Shown here piece by piece: positions 48,976 to 62,900 of a stretch of DNA of 64,000 nucleotides. The notes under the pieces are model-generated. The model searched no databases. It saw only the letters and a program-made list of their open reading frames with translations, and was not told the DNA's origin. Both the position numbers and the translations under genes were made by a program. Numbering within the stretch: position 1 is the stretch's first letter; the number at the start of each line of letters is the position of its first letter. Source of the stretch: Azolla caroliniana (taxonomy: Eukaryota > Plantae > Polypodiophyta); contig JBHGNT010000020.1 of the NCBI GenBank assembly GCA_043228905.1, positions 5,952,001 through 6,016,000 on the forward strand. Reading direction: 5' to 3'.

Positions 48976-51900
48976 AGAAATGGCAAGGAAGATAGGAAAT
49001 GAAGCGATGTTGAGGATGGTACGATGTCGATGGTAACTATAGAAGCAAGGGTGATGACGGAGACGGGTGATGCTTCTAGTTGGAAGGTGAACAAACTGTC
49101 ACGGACACACCAAGTGCAGACTAAGACGGAGCACGGATGATGAGGCTACGACGGAGCGATGACGGAATGACACAAGAGCATAAAGATAGACATGAATATT
49201 AAGGAGAGAAGATGGGAAAAACCAAAATACTAGATTGGTGTGTCCATGACAGTGCCACCCATTGGCATGCCCCACTCGATATTGTGGCATTCGCCTCCTA
49301 CGACCAACTCGAGTCAACGTTTTTACGATTCTTTCACCGAAGCATTCCGCAACACAAAATTATCAGCCAGTTCTACTCTATTCGGCAACTCCAGCAAGAG
49401 ACCATCATTGACTTCAGCCTACGATTCCAAAATCTAAGGCACCAGCTGACGAAAGCTCCCTTGGAAGATGAGGCCAAAGAAAGGTTCTTGGCCACCTTGC
49501 GCCGACCGTTGCGGACGACGTTGGGAATGCAAAACTTTATGGGACAGACGGCGAACATGGTCATTGAACGGGCCTTGCAGATGGAATTAGAGGACAAAGA
49601 TGATGTCATATCAATGACGTCGTTAGGACAGGTGTTACCTTGGGATGAGGAGTATCGTTTTCGGTAGGCTTTGCAGTGCACAATATGCCTAAATCCGGGA
49701 CATTCGGCAGTCGATTGCAACATGCGGGCCCACTGCCCTATCTGTCACTCTCGAGCGCATACGGTGGATCAATGTGAATATAATATGTTAAATCGTCCTA
49801 TAGCATCGGTACACTCTATTCAGCCTCAATGTACTAACAAATAAAACGACTAGAGCCGCCAAGAGGAGCACGACCGGAATTCGGAGCGCAACCATCGTTC
49901 GGGTCGTCCAAGCCGTCCTTGCCACGACAATTATCCATATTCGGAGGATGAGGATTAGGAGGAAGAGGAGTACCCAAGAAACGACCACTATAATCCTCAG
50001 GGAGGAGGGCGCTACGACAACTAGCATCCCACTAACAATCGTGGTGGCCAGGCCGAGCCGCGCTCATACGACGGAAACCGACAAGCACGTAATCAACGAG
50101 TCCACGACGAGAATTCAAAGGATGAGCGTCGCGAGGATAATCGTCACAAGTATTGCTAGAAACCCCATAATAACAAGAATTATCAGTGATCTCGGGAAGA
50201 GTAGGCGCCACTAACCAAGCCAGTAGCATCCCTAGTCGTCGAGAAAGGTGAGGCTCGTTTCCATTGTTTTCTTTGCCGACAACCAGGACACTACGCGACT
50301 CAATGGTCACGACACGACAAGGGGAAGGGGCCAACCGTGAACACCATCACAACAGAAGTCTAACAAGTCACGTTCCACAGTAAGGCCAAGTCCACTGAAT
50401 GGGCGAAGCAAGACGAGATCCGCGAAGCTGCTAAAGTTTGGGTCGAGAAGACGATGAAGCCAAAGTTAACTGCATGCACCAGGAGTCAGCGAACGCACTT
50501 CATCTTCCCACGACGAGGAGACGCCATCAGTGGAGGATCTGATATAGCAAGCACTTGCCAACTGTGAGATTACCCTGACAATGGATAAGTTATTAAACCA
50601 AGTTCCCCTATTCTGGAACCTGTAGAAACACGAATGTTGGGCCTATAAAAATTTTACGGAATCTAGTATGAGGCCAACAATGATTGACCATCATAATCAG
50701 GCCATCAAGGTGGTTCTACAAGGACAGGAAGTCACAGGTTGTATTTTCAATGGAGGTTCAGGGGTAAAAGTTATCTATAAGGCCACATGTAATCGGCTTG
50801 GCATTACGGAGTGGGAAGTGTGCCCATTCTAGTTATGTATGGCGGATACACGTTCCGACGATTGGGGTTGGTCTGAAAATTAAAAATCGTGATAGGTGGC
50901 CATGCCTTTGAAATTGCAGCCATTGTTTTGGTTCTCGATTCCCTGGGTGCATACCCTATTTTGGTAGGTCTCCCATGGTTACATTCTGCTAATATGAAGT
51001 AGAATTGCCAATTTAACAACATTAGCTTCCGACGAGGCCGTGCCAAGGTTCGGGTTCCGACGAAGGAGACCACATCACCCATACAAGTGATAACCCCACT
51101 ATATGCGGAAGAGGTCAACATGTTGGAAGGGATGGATGAAACGGAACTCAAGGCATACCTAGACGAGAATCCAAGAATAGTACTGTTGTTCGAGATAGAC
51201 GTTTTAGAAACAGCGAACGAATACGTCACATTGACCGCACCAGATAAGGCGGATTATGAAACTAACTTGGAATCATTGCAATAATTGAGTAGGGCGCGTG
51301 ATGCGTTTGATCGAGAAATGGAGATCTATCGATGAGTCACAACATCAGCCTTGGAAGAAATTGATGTAGGCACCACGACCTCTATCCATAGCAAAGGACC
51401 TAAAGCTTGCGGAAAGGGTAGCAATGATCAACCTATTATGGGAGTACAAAGTCATGTTTGCGTGGTCACACAAATACATGAAGAGATTGGGCCCCAAGTT
51501 TTACCAACACCAAATCAATTTGGCAACAGACGCAAAACTACCATATGAACCCGAATTACGTGGCACACATAAAGAAAGAAATCAATAAACTTTTAAAAAT
51601 CGGGTTCAATAGATCGGTAAACCAAGCCACATGGCTTAGTCCGATTGTAGTCATACCAATAAAAAACGACAAAATCGGGGTTTGCGTCGACTATCACAAA
51701 TTGCATGCAGTTACGATCACAAACACCTTTCCATTGTTGTTTATAGATAACGTACTTGATGTCGTGGCAGGCCACCAAATGTACAACTTATTGGATGGGT
51801 TTAGTGGGTACAATTAGATACGCATGCACCCAGACGTCTAGGAGAAAACCGCCTTCGTGACAGATTGGGGAGTCTTCGTGGCCGTCGTCATGATGTTCGA

Positions 51901-52184
51901 GTTGAAGACTACCCGAACAACCTTCCAACGCATCGTCGCTGAAATTTTTGGCGAGTTCATTACCGCGTTCATGCAAGTGTTGCTTGATGACTTTGTGGTT
52001 TATGGAATGCTCGCGGATCATTCAGGGCATTTACGATTATTCTTGGAGCGATGTCGTTCAGCAAGGTTCAACCTCAATCGGGCCAAATGCACATTCGAGG
52101 TCATGAGCGGAGCCCTTCTGTGGCACATAGTGAGCAAAGAAGGTATCGTGGTGGATCCCGGAAAAATCAAAGCCATCGTGGAGG
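48976..52184 (+). pseudogene. Degenerate non-chromovirus gypsy gag-PR-RT
   Basis: Gag IRQLQQETIIDFSLRFQNL, tandem C/H knuckles at ~49675-49775, WLSPIVVIPIKNDKIGVCVDYHKL, LDGFSGYN, LLDDFVV. Confidence 0.8.
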
Positions 52185-52231
52185 TGTTACCGATTAAGAT
52201 CGTGGTATAGAAAATGGATAACGTAGTACAT

Positions 52232-52864
52232 TGTCGCGTTGTTACACGCGTGCGTGGAGAACGAGGCGGGACCACGGGGGCCTTGGACCGAGAAATAACC
52301 GAATGAGAAGAGGGGAAGGAAACTACATATGTACTTCACACGTGCACCGACACACAAATTCACAGGAGTTGCAACTAACTCTGAACAATGGAGACAGAAC
52401 GAATCTATATGTATGTATAAATCAAGGAGTTACAACCGGCAAGCCGGCGAGTGATAGGCTCCGACGCCTACACACACAGAACGCGAGATGGAGACTCTGT
52501 CGGAAGCACTCGGGCGTTCCGCGGAGCAGAGTCAACCTCCCGAAAACCTGCACAGAACGACTATGGAGGAGGCAGAGGAGAAGAGCTCGGTTCCAGTCCA
52601 GCAGCACTTCGTCCTCCACAAAACGCGATATGTTTTACCATACCTCTCCCTCTCTTTTATAGCCCAAGGAGGGAGGCCATTACCACCCGTTACATCATGT
52701 TTACGCCTCGATTTTCTCCCTAATGAATGTGTGCTACCTAGAATTTCACATCAGCCGACTTGTACCTATCTACATACTATACAACAAAACTTGTGCCCAC
52801 GTGTAAGGGCCAGTTTACGCACGTTATACCCAATTTCCGCCTAGGGACGATTTTCTCCACGACG
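52232..52864 (-). repeat. Solo LTR of the Ylt1-like family
   Basis: Diverged reverse complement of 26791-27475. Flanks ACAT/ACGT fit an ACGT TSD with one CpG decay. Confidence 0.85.
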
Positions 52865-53226
52865 ACGTCAAGCCTCAACCCACGGGAATGGGTAGTGCGT
52901 TAGTGAGTGATCACGAGGGTAAGGCGTTAACAAGAGACGACTACAACCAAACACCTTCTTACCATATGTCGTGGTTTACACAGATACACAACTTACCCTA
53001 AGAACAAATACGCTTCCCTATCAACACAGAGCTCAGATAATACTCGACACAAAGTTCGGAAAAGACATCACGATTATATTAGACGGATTATACTCCGTTA
53101 CAATGTTCTTATGCCCATTATATATGTAGGGCATAGACGGTTACACTTAGTGCGTGAACCATTGCATGCGCTTATGCTTTCTAACACTTCCATCATTACA
53201 AAATATGCTTATCTACTAGTCTACCT

Positions 53227-55881
53227 TTAATCTTCGCCTCGTTTCTCACTAGGGCGGACAACACCTCGCACGCTTGTGGGACAGTGGCATGGCACATCAA
53301 ACCCATCCTCCTTCTCTACTCGTCGTCTAAAGGATGGAGGATATTTGTTTATCGTAATAGGTGGTGTCGTGACATGGATGGGCTCACCATTTTCCAGCTC
53401 GGCCGAAAGTCCCTGCATCGTGGATTCTACATTTGTTGGGTCTCCCTCCTGATAGTTGGCCATTGCATCCTCCTGCAACGTCTCCACCAATGGTTATGTC
53501 CTTATTTCCTCCTCTACGCCTGTGGGAGTCTGGTCTAGGTGTCTTTGTAATGCCTCATTCACCACGACTACCAGAGCAAGGGACATAATGATAGGTGTGG
53601 CCGTTGTCGTAACCTCCGGAGCTACGTCTTGTTCGTACGGACTCTCGTGTTGTTCCGCAGAATCTCTATTTGGCAGGATGATGGCCTCCGACTTCTTCAC
53701 CTCTTCTTCCCTTTGATGTTCGTTGCTGATGTCATGCAGCTGGCGGAATGTGTCGTGTTGGCTTTCACTGAAGTCCTCTAATAGTTCTACCATTTCTTCG
53801 GTGTGACGGTTGACTAAGGACTGGTAATCTTGCGTAAGGTCTTTGTGAATCGTAGCGATGCTCTCTTCGCTTAACTTGTAAAACCCTTTTCCTTCCTTAC
53901 TCTGATTTTCCCAGTCCGCTCTGTATGTGTGGAGTTCCGTTGCTTGCGCCGCCCATTCGGCCCATCCTCTGTCTAACGCCACTTGTAATTCGGCCATAAA
54001 CCGTTGTTGTTTCGTTTGGAGGAGGATGCGGATACGGTCTGTGGTCAGCCACATGCGGGCATGTAAGTCCTCAAGAGCCTTGTTGGCCACCACTGCTTCT
54101 CATGAAGCTCCTCTAGCCGGCCCATCTCCTTGTTGAGGCGTATTTCGACATCACGCTTGAGTTGGTGCTCGTGCTCGAGTTATTTGTCATACCACTCTCG
54201 CTTTTTCTGTCCTACCTCTCTGAGCGCCGTGACGATGCCTTCTTTCTTTGTCCCTTCCTCGTGGAGCTTGTCCCTCTCCGCCTTTGTTTGGCAATGCACG
54301 ACCACTTCCACGTCGAGCTTGTCCTGAATTGCCTTGACCGTCTAATGTCCATTTGCCCAAATGTCTGCTTCTCTGTCGGAGGAGTGACGGAGTACCAACC
54401 TAAGACGATCGATCTCTAATTCAGCTAGCTCAGTAGCACTTTTTGCTTTAGCTGTTATTGCTTCTTAAGGCTCTACTTCCTCTTGTAGGGTCTATAGTTT
54501 GGTCGTTTGTGAGGTAGGAGCGGGAACTGGTTGCGTCGTTGGTGCACTGCTCTCAAGCTCTGTAATCCGTTGTTGTGCTTTATTCAACTGCTCGTGGGTT
54601 ACTTACACGGTTTTCCAAACGTTTTTGTTCTTGATTGCCATATCTTTGGTGCCTAGAGTGACCTTTGCCAACTCCCTATGAACCTGGACTAAGGCCATAT
54701 TAAGCGGAGGGAGATCGATCCCTACGTGGTGAACACCCACGTTTCTCTTCCTTCCTACCCCCGCTAGTGGGCCTTCGTTTTCGTTTTCCTCCATCCATGT
54801 TAGAACATGCTCGATCATTTGGCATTTGGCGTGCTCTTTGGCCTTTTGCTGGGACACCTTAATCTACTGTGTCGTCAAGAACTCCATGAGCTCATAAATT
54901 GTGCCTAATTCCAAGAGGGAGCCAAACTCGTGCGTCATGTCCGGGACGTCTGGGTAGGACAAAACTTTGCTTTCCGAAGTTAGCATGCCCTTATTGTGTT
55001 GTGACTATTCGGTTATTATTGGCTGAGGTTTGGGAATCAACTCCAATGTGGAGGTGGCCTCTGTAGTGGCGAGGTTCTCGACTCGTGAGGCTGTATCCTT
55101 AACAAGCCCGTGACCGTCCTTTCTGTACAACCGCTTGCACTTGGGTTTCGGGCTTCTGCGTGCCGTCTCTTGCTCGACCTTGGACTCTGTCGATTGTGCT
55201 TCGCTGTAGTGGGCGCGCTTAGCTAGTGGGTCGCGTTGTGATGGGGCAGCTTCCGTTTCACGCGGATTTGCTTCTTCCTCCCATTCAGTAACTGTGAGAT
55301 CAGCTAGTCGTCATTTTGTTGACCGTGGTGTGGGTGTCTGGTGGCTCGTTTGCAGGGCAGGGAGGTCACGGGAGGGGAATAGTACTGTTAAGTACTGCTG
55401 GATGATAGGGCAAAGCTCTTCCCCGGCTTGAAACGCATGCAAGCCCTCTCTCAGTGTTGGCCCTGTAATGAATCCCCAGTCAATGGAATGGCCCTCTAAC
55501 GTAGCAATGACGATGCCTACTTTCTGCTTTGGCATCCCATATGCATTAGTATGTACACACCCTACTCACAATAAGAACTTTGCCACTTCCCCAAAGAATG
55601 GGTTAGGGATGTCTCGTGTTTTGTATGCCTTTGAGGAGGTTGAATATTCCCCGAAGTACCGTTCGAGGACTCCTACTGGGGTGATTTCAAAGTGACGTTC
55701 GCCACTTCCAGATAAACCCAGCTTCTTCCTAATAGTGGCATTTGTGATGGTGTCGACATTGAGTTTCTTGGCCACCTCCTAGGCATTTGGGTGTGGTGGA
55801 GCTTTTTTTACCCGGATGTAACCTTCTAAGCCCTTGTCATGTATCCATCGCCACAGAGTCGGGGAGATATAGGTCGGCATG
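53227..55881 (-). pseudogene. Extra ORF 3' of integrase, unknown function, coiled-coil-rich C-terminus
   Basis: Pieces 55566-55775, 55311-55535, 54603-54857, 53494-54093 and 53227-53490 run consecutively on -, with stops. A homologue lies at 35150-35980. Confidence 0.6.
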
Positions 55882-58234
55882 TCGTCTTGTCGAGATAAGC
55901 AGGGAGAGCGCCTAGGGGGCACGGTCCGCAAGCTTATTGTTCTGTGATGGCGATGTGAGTGTGGAAAGCGAGGAGAGCGAGGGGAGCAAAGAGTTTGGGA
56001 ATGTTTTCTTCAATGTGAAGAGAAATATCTTTTGTCCTCGTTTTGTGAAGATGATAAGTTAGGGTTACGAATCATTGTGTGGACGCGTGTTCTTTCTGTC
56101 TTGTAAAGTGTGGATGCATGTAGTCCCTTTAATAGTCGTGGATGTCCATCTTTCTCTTCTTCTTTTGTTTTTTTTTCAGACCTAACGGTTAAGGCTCGTT
56201 TTATAGTACATTAATGTTACATGCTGACCAGTGGGCCCTGTTTAGTGACCGTTTCAATCTACCGAGGAAACGACCCAATTATCTTCATTCGTGCAAAACG
56301 GGTTTGGCAGCGTGGGTCCCAAATACGGCTTTAATCGAAACCCATTGACTTTTTGACACAAGACTTCCCCTGCCAGGGTGCCTAGTTCGAATGTCCCGTT
56401 CTCGGATCCTATTATCTAGTACGGCCCTGTCCATCAAAAATGCAGTATTCCCGGCATCTGTCCCATGTGTGTTTGGAATACTAAAACTGATTTTCCAATT
56501 TTAAAGTGCTTCTCATTTGTGGCATGGTGCTGATCTATGAATGCCATCTGCCGCCGATGTTCGTGCTCCAAGATCGCCATGTTGTGGACTCTCGCTTCCC
56601 CCAATTCGAGTAGTTGATGTAAGCGGATTTGCTCGAACTAGCCCTCCGAAAGTCATTCGCGGATCTGTAGGCGTAAATTTGGTATCTGAAACTCTACAGG
56701 CATTATGGCTTCTAGCTAAACGCCAGCCGGAATGACATTGATTGGACGTTGGTTTTGAAACTAGTGCGGTATGTGCATAAGGCATTGTGCAACTTTGTGT
56801 CCCAATCCGTGTGGTTGTCGTTGACGATTTTTTTAAAGATATTCTGAAGTGTTTTATTCGTCAATTCCACGAGTCCATTGGCCTGTGGATAATATGGCAC
56901 AGTTTTCTCGTGAGCAACGGCGTAATGTTCCGTGAGATCGGATACGACCATATTTAAGAAATGGCTTCCTTGATCGCTGATGAGCTCGATCAGGCAGCCA
57001 AAATGACACCAAATTTGCTCGTACAAGAATTTGGTCATGGAAGCCGCGGTGTTGTCTCATAATGCTTTTGCCTCCACCCATTTCATACAATAATTCGTGG
57101 CCACTAGGATATATTTGTTTCCTGTATGAGCCGCGGTTGGGGTAAAGGGTCCCACGAAATCAAGGCCCCATTTCTAGGAAGGCTCAAGTGGAACCAACGA
57201 CTGGTGAGGCGTCTGTGCCAGCTCCGTGAGTTGGCCCATACGCTGGTAGAGGTCACATTCTTTGCAGTATACGTATGCATCCCTTTGCGTTGTTGGCTAG
57301 CACAAACCTGCTTGCCATACTTTCTAGGCCGTAACATCCCCCGCGTAGTGGCTCCTTGTTGTGCCGCAGTGAGCCTCTCGTAATACCCCGTCCTTCTCGT
57401 CCTGTCGTACACCCCGCCGCCAGATGCCATCGCTTCCCTTATGGTATAACACTCCATCTACTAGGCAAAAGTTTTGGCTCCTAGCCACAAGCCGTTTGTT
57501 TTCATCTGTTCTTAGTTGTGGCGGTGGCAGCCCCGTGCTTAGGAAGTAAGTCATTTCCAACAGCTATCTATCCGGGAAATTTTTGGTCTGCTTTTCTCCG
57601 GGCTATTGTAATACACAGGATTTCGGCGTTCGGAAAATCATCGTGCCCTGCTCCTACTTCGTCGCCATTGTCGATCCTGCTCAGATAGTCTGGGATAGCA
57701 TGTTGTGTCCCTGGCCAATGTGGGATCTCGAATTCAAATTCCTGTAATAGCAGCATCCATTGGGCTAATTTCCCGGTTAGTGAATAAACCCAACTTTCAA
57801 AACTTTGTCGATTTCCTCTTTTACGCATGCCACATAATTCAGGTTCACGCGATAGCCCGTGATAGCCGGTATACGCTCTCCATTTCTTGCATCCCAATCT
57901 TCTTGAGCCGTACCCCAGAGGATTGAGGGTAGGTCGTGTTTACGCTACCTGGTAACAGTAATGATAAGTAGTCGTTGCAATGTAGGTCTGAATACAATTG
58001 AGAATGCAAGTAATGAGACCACTATCATAAAGAGAAAGGTTGTAGGGTATTTCAACGTTCAGACCAAGCACATCAGCAATGAAGACAAGAAGGTAGTACT
58101 TTACAGAATATTAAATGATCCGTCGATAAAGGAGTTTGTTGATTGTGATGGTTTTAATACAAACATAGCATCGAACACCTCATGCAACCACCTTAATCCA
58201 AGATATTCTACAACAACATGTCAGCTAATTAGTG

Positions 58235-58845
58235 GCCTCTCTTTAGCTAAGTAGCTACATTTTCTCATTAGGTGTAGCTACTTTTATGAAGTTATTTATA
58301 CACTACACTTGTAGCTTTTCTACCACCTTCGGTGACAACTAATATTGGCAGTAACTAGACTATACATTGGCAGTAGCTAATTAGCTACGACTCTTGATAA
58401 TGCTTAGCTAATTACCTACTATACTATATATTGACAGTAGTTAATTAGCTACAACTCTTGATACTGCTTAGCTCATTACCTACTATACTATAGATTGGCA
58501 ATAGCTAATTAGCTACACTTTATACTACTTAGGTAATTAGCTAAGTTGTAACTAGACTATAGATTGGTAGTAGCTAATTCACTACCACTCTTGATACTAC
58601 TTTGAACCACGTTGCAAGCTATCTCCTCATTGGTTGCTCAGTCATCGGCACTAGGTTGGCAGTAGCTAATTAGCTACTATAGTTAAGTATAGCAATAGCT
58701 AATTAACTACCACTCTTGATATTGCTTAGCTAATTAGCTACATTGTAGCTAAATAATGGCTACACTATAGATTGAGAGTAGTTAATTAGCTACTATAGTT
58801 AAGTATGGCAATAACTAATTAGCTACGACTCTTGATACTAATGAT
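58235..58845. repeat. Degenerate array built on the palindrome AGCTAATTAGCT
   Basis: About 10 exact or near copies interleaved with gactatagattggcagt and actcttgatact modules. Confidence 0.8.
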
Positions 58846-59140
58846 AACACCGAGTCATATGAAATTGGTAATATGTTGCAATTTAAGAACAGTCCGTCCA
58901 AAAAAGGCACAAAGTAGGTCATTTCACAAAAAGGACCATTGCATGCGTAAAGGGTTTTGGAAATTGAATCAAAATATATTGATTTATACCATGTCCAAAA
59001 ATTTAGGGCTTTCAAACAAATGCCCCTAATAATCGACACGTGAAATTTACAAGGGAACGTACAAAAATTACAAAATGACTAACATGTATATATACATATT
59101 TGTGAACCGCCATATTGATGTAACGTAGAATATTTACATT

Positions 59141-59945
59141 TCATATATGGGATCCATCACTTCCCAGAGATACGCCTTCCCCTTCAGACCCACCTGATGA
59201 ACTAGAAGAGCTTTGTGAGGTTTCATCCTCATCATCACTAGCAACCAATGCATTGTCTTCATCCAATTGCAATCCAACGTCACCGTGATTATGAGACATA
59301 CTCCTTCTTTGTCTTTGTGTTGCGTCAACATGCACATTTGGGATCTTCTCTTTTATTATCTTCAGTGTAGTCTGCCTTAGATGGCCTGTTTTGGTCAAGG
59401 AGAAGTCATACACGAGTGCTAGAGCAGACGTGCTTGGTCGATTCTTTCTTCTTCGCTTTCTGCTTGTGCCTTCGACATCCTTAACCATCTCTAAAGAGTA
59501 CTTCCTAGTAAATGCATCTTTGGAAGAGTTATGATACTAATGAACCATAATAAACTTTACTTGATTACCTTCATCATCCTTAATAATTTCAATGATTTTG
59601 GAAATCTAGAAGGGATGGCCCAACTTATCACCCCCAACTAATGTTGCAACCAACATACCAACTTGTAGCTCATGTAGATTGCCTTGCCACCTCGCCTCTG
59701 CAACATGATAATGTTGGTTCCACGTAAACATCTCTTTGTCGTGGACGACCTATATTATTCAATTCAAGATTATCTAGTGGTTGTAAAGGAGTCATGCTTG
59801 CCACTGATGGGTCGCCAAGCGCCCATTCGAATTGATTTTGTAGTGGCTAGTACCCTGTAAAGTGGTTATCAAATATTGTATGTTGATGATTAAAGAAGAC
59901 ATCCCACCAATCCACATCTTGATCACCAACGTACTTTTTGGTTTG
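59141..59945 (-). pseudogene. C-terminal remnant of an unidentified protein, possibly from a DNA transposon
   Basis: The interrupted - reading ends in RKRRRK (NLS-like) and an acidic Ser-rich tail. It lies next to the palindromic array and is cut by copia E. Confidence 0.3.
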
Positions 59946-62900
59946 TGTTGAGAGTCGAACTGAACTTCCCATAGATAGGTTTCACACTAGCTCATGGACA
60001 TGGTCTACTAGTTTTGTAAATAGTAGAAAGAGCACTTGCCCTAGCTTAGTTGGTATATAAACCAACGCATTGTAACTTAGTTACTATTGGATGTTTTATG
60101 TTTGATGTATTTTTGGTTAATATACAGTTTTTCTATCTCTGCCTTAAGAGCTCTCTCTTTCTCTCTCCCTCTGTTGCCTCACACACACTCTCTCAATCTT
60201 CTTCCGCTGCATTGCAATCACTATTGCCCCCCATTCTGTTACATGGTATCAAAGTGTGTGGTTGCCTAATTAAGCCTATTCGACTGTGTTGTGTTGCATG
60301 TTGACGATCAACAGAACCGGCCCATCAACAGAGAAGAAATCACCATGAATACTCAAATGGGAAGCACTCTTCCTACCGAGAAGCTCGACAGAACGAACTT
60401 TGCATCTTGGGAATACAAGATGCATCAATACCTTGTCAGACAAGGATACTGGAGCTAAATCGAAGGAGCTCACGAATCACAACCCAACCCAACACACGCC
60501 GACTATCCCGCTTGGGAGCAGGCCGCATGTCGTATGTTGTATTGACTTGCATCATGCGTTCATGATCATATGCTTGGCTACATTCCAGAGGCAAAAACGC
60601 GCATGGGAAAACCTCAAGAAGATTTTTGCAGCCAATACGGCCGCACGAAAGCTCCAACTTCGACAAGAGCTAAACAATGTTCAACAAAGCGACATGTCAA
60701 TTAGCAACTACACCTTAAAGATCAAGGGGTTGTGTGATGCCCTTGGATCGATCAATGTTAGCATTGAAGACAAAGAAATGGTGCAAATATGCCTCGGTGA
60801 CTTGGCACCGCGATTTGGCGCAATAAGATCGGCCGTTCTCGCGACAGAGAATCCTCCCTCCTTTTCTGATCTCCAATCATTGTTGCTAGTCGAAAAGAAT
60901 CAAGTGCGTCAAAGGAACAACGTGCACAACGGACAAATGCTATATTCGAACTTCAATGGAGGAAGAGGGACAAAGCCGCAGAAGGAGATGCCGACACAAC
61001 CAAGAGCGTAACTCCCACCAATGGCAAGCGGAGAGAAACGGCCCCAGAGAGTTCGGCGGGAGGGGCAGTCATCACGCCGGACCAAGCAACCGTAGGAACC
61101 CAGTTGCGTGTGGGTACTGTGGAAAACCCGGCCACTACGAAGAGGAGTGTCGGAAGAAGAAGCGTGAGCAAGGCCAAGAACTAACAAATTACGCCACAAA
61201 CTTTGACTACGGCGACCGCGACGGAATGTTCATAATGAAGCATGAAGCGCACTCAATGTCCACACTTGCGTCAACTACTACTTCCACTCTGAACAACGTA
61301 TGGTTTGTCGATTAGGGAGCATCCAATCACATGACATCCCATGAAGATTGGTTTCGGGAACTACGGAAGCCCGAACGTCTCGGATATGTCGAAACAGGAG
61401 ATGACACGACTTACCCAATACAGCATATCGGGAACGTCCCATTCGGAAACGACGACAAACAGACCTACCTCAAGAACGTGCTGCATGTTTCCACTATTAC
61501 GAAAAACCTGGTCTCAGTTGGCCAGATTGTCAAACAAGGAATGCAAGTATGCTTCAATAACGATGGGTGTTTCATCGAAAAAGGCGATCAAGTCATAGCT
61601 CACGGCCGTCGTGAAGGCCGTATGTTCATCCTTGAATCGAGTGAGGTAAAGTCGGCCATGTTTGCAAAGGGCCAGAAAGTCAAAACCGACTTGAAACAGT
61701 GGCACAAGAGAATCAGCCACATCAATCTCCAAAAGCTCCAGAACATGCAATCGAAAGGAGTCGTAATCGGACTCCCAAACTTTACGGCAAAGGATATTAC
61801 AAGCATATGCGAAGCATGTCAGTTCTGAAAGCAATGTCGTCACCCATTCCCTAAAGAACAGAATCTGAGCAAAGGAATCCTGGATGTCGTACATTCAGAT
61901 GTGTGGGGACCAGCCCAGACAACAACATTCGGCGGATGCCGATACTATATCACGTTCATCGACAACATCTCTCCAGGAACACTTGGATCTATCCGATGAA
62001 GTAGAATAGTGAAGTATTCAGGCACTTCTAGACATTCAAAGCCGAAGTCGAAAAAACTATGGTTGGCATGTACGTTGTCTTCGATCAAATGGAGGCAAAG
62101 AATATTTTTTGGATGAATTTACGGCATATAGGAATCCGACGAGCGTTCTCGTGTCAACACACGCCTCAGCAAAACGGCGTAGCAGAGCGTAAAAATTGCC
62201 ATGTAGTAGAAGTTGCGCGAACCATGATGAATGAGAAGAACCTACCGAAATCATATTGGGCAGAAGCGGCAAATACGGCCATATATCTCATGAACAAGTG
62301 CACAACCTTGGGAGTACATGATATAACTCCGCATGAGAAGTTCTTCGGAAAGAAGCCGGACTTATCACATGTCCGCATTTTCGGTTCTATCACCTACATA
62401 CATATTCTTGACGATACGCGGCAAAAGCTTGACCGAAAGTCGGAGAAATGTATCCTTGTAGGATACTCACTTGAACAGAAGGGATACAAATGCTACAACC
62501 CATCTACCCATAGGGTTCGAACAAGTCGAGATGTAGTCTTCGACAAATACGCATCCTGGTACGCACTTGAGAATACTTCGACTCCAACCCCGCTTGACGC
62601 GGATGACACTGAAATAGAAATAGAAGTTGAGGATCGGCTCACACAAATGTTAGAAGACATCCCAACTACGACACGGCTAAGTGGGCCATCAGAGCCGTCT
62701 AGCGATGAAAGCACATCTCGGCCGAGTCCGAAGCTAGACAAAGGGAAGGCAAAAATGCGGGAATCTGAAGATTAGGAAGAGACCGAGATGCTTCACTCTC
62801 TCGATAGTGAATTTGAAGATCTCGACATCCGCATAGATGGAGCAAAGAAAGCCATACTCCCCACGGATCGAGAGCTACGCTGATCCACACGTGAAAAGAA

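Larger units (their letters stand above)
52185..57780 (-). mobile_element. 3' half of a non-chromovirus gypsy: RH end, integrase, long extra ORF and 3' LTR (52185-53186)
   Basis: IN motifs LREAHCG, ELISDQGSHF, YYPQANG at 56340-57780. Extra ORF at ~55881-53227. LTR with TGTTA...TAACA ends, interrupted by a solo LTR. Confidence 0.7.

Noticed and set aside
53227-55881. Envelope gene
   Set aside because: The position fits, but no signal peptide or transmembrane segment is visible in the remnants.
58235-58845. CRISPR-like array
   Set aside because: The intervening modules are themselves repeated, spacing is irregular, and the context is eukaryotic.
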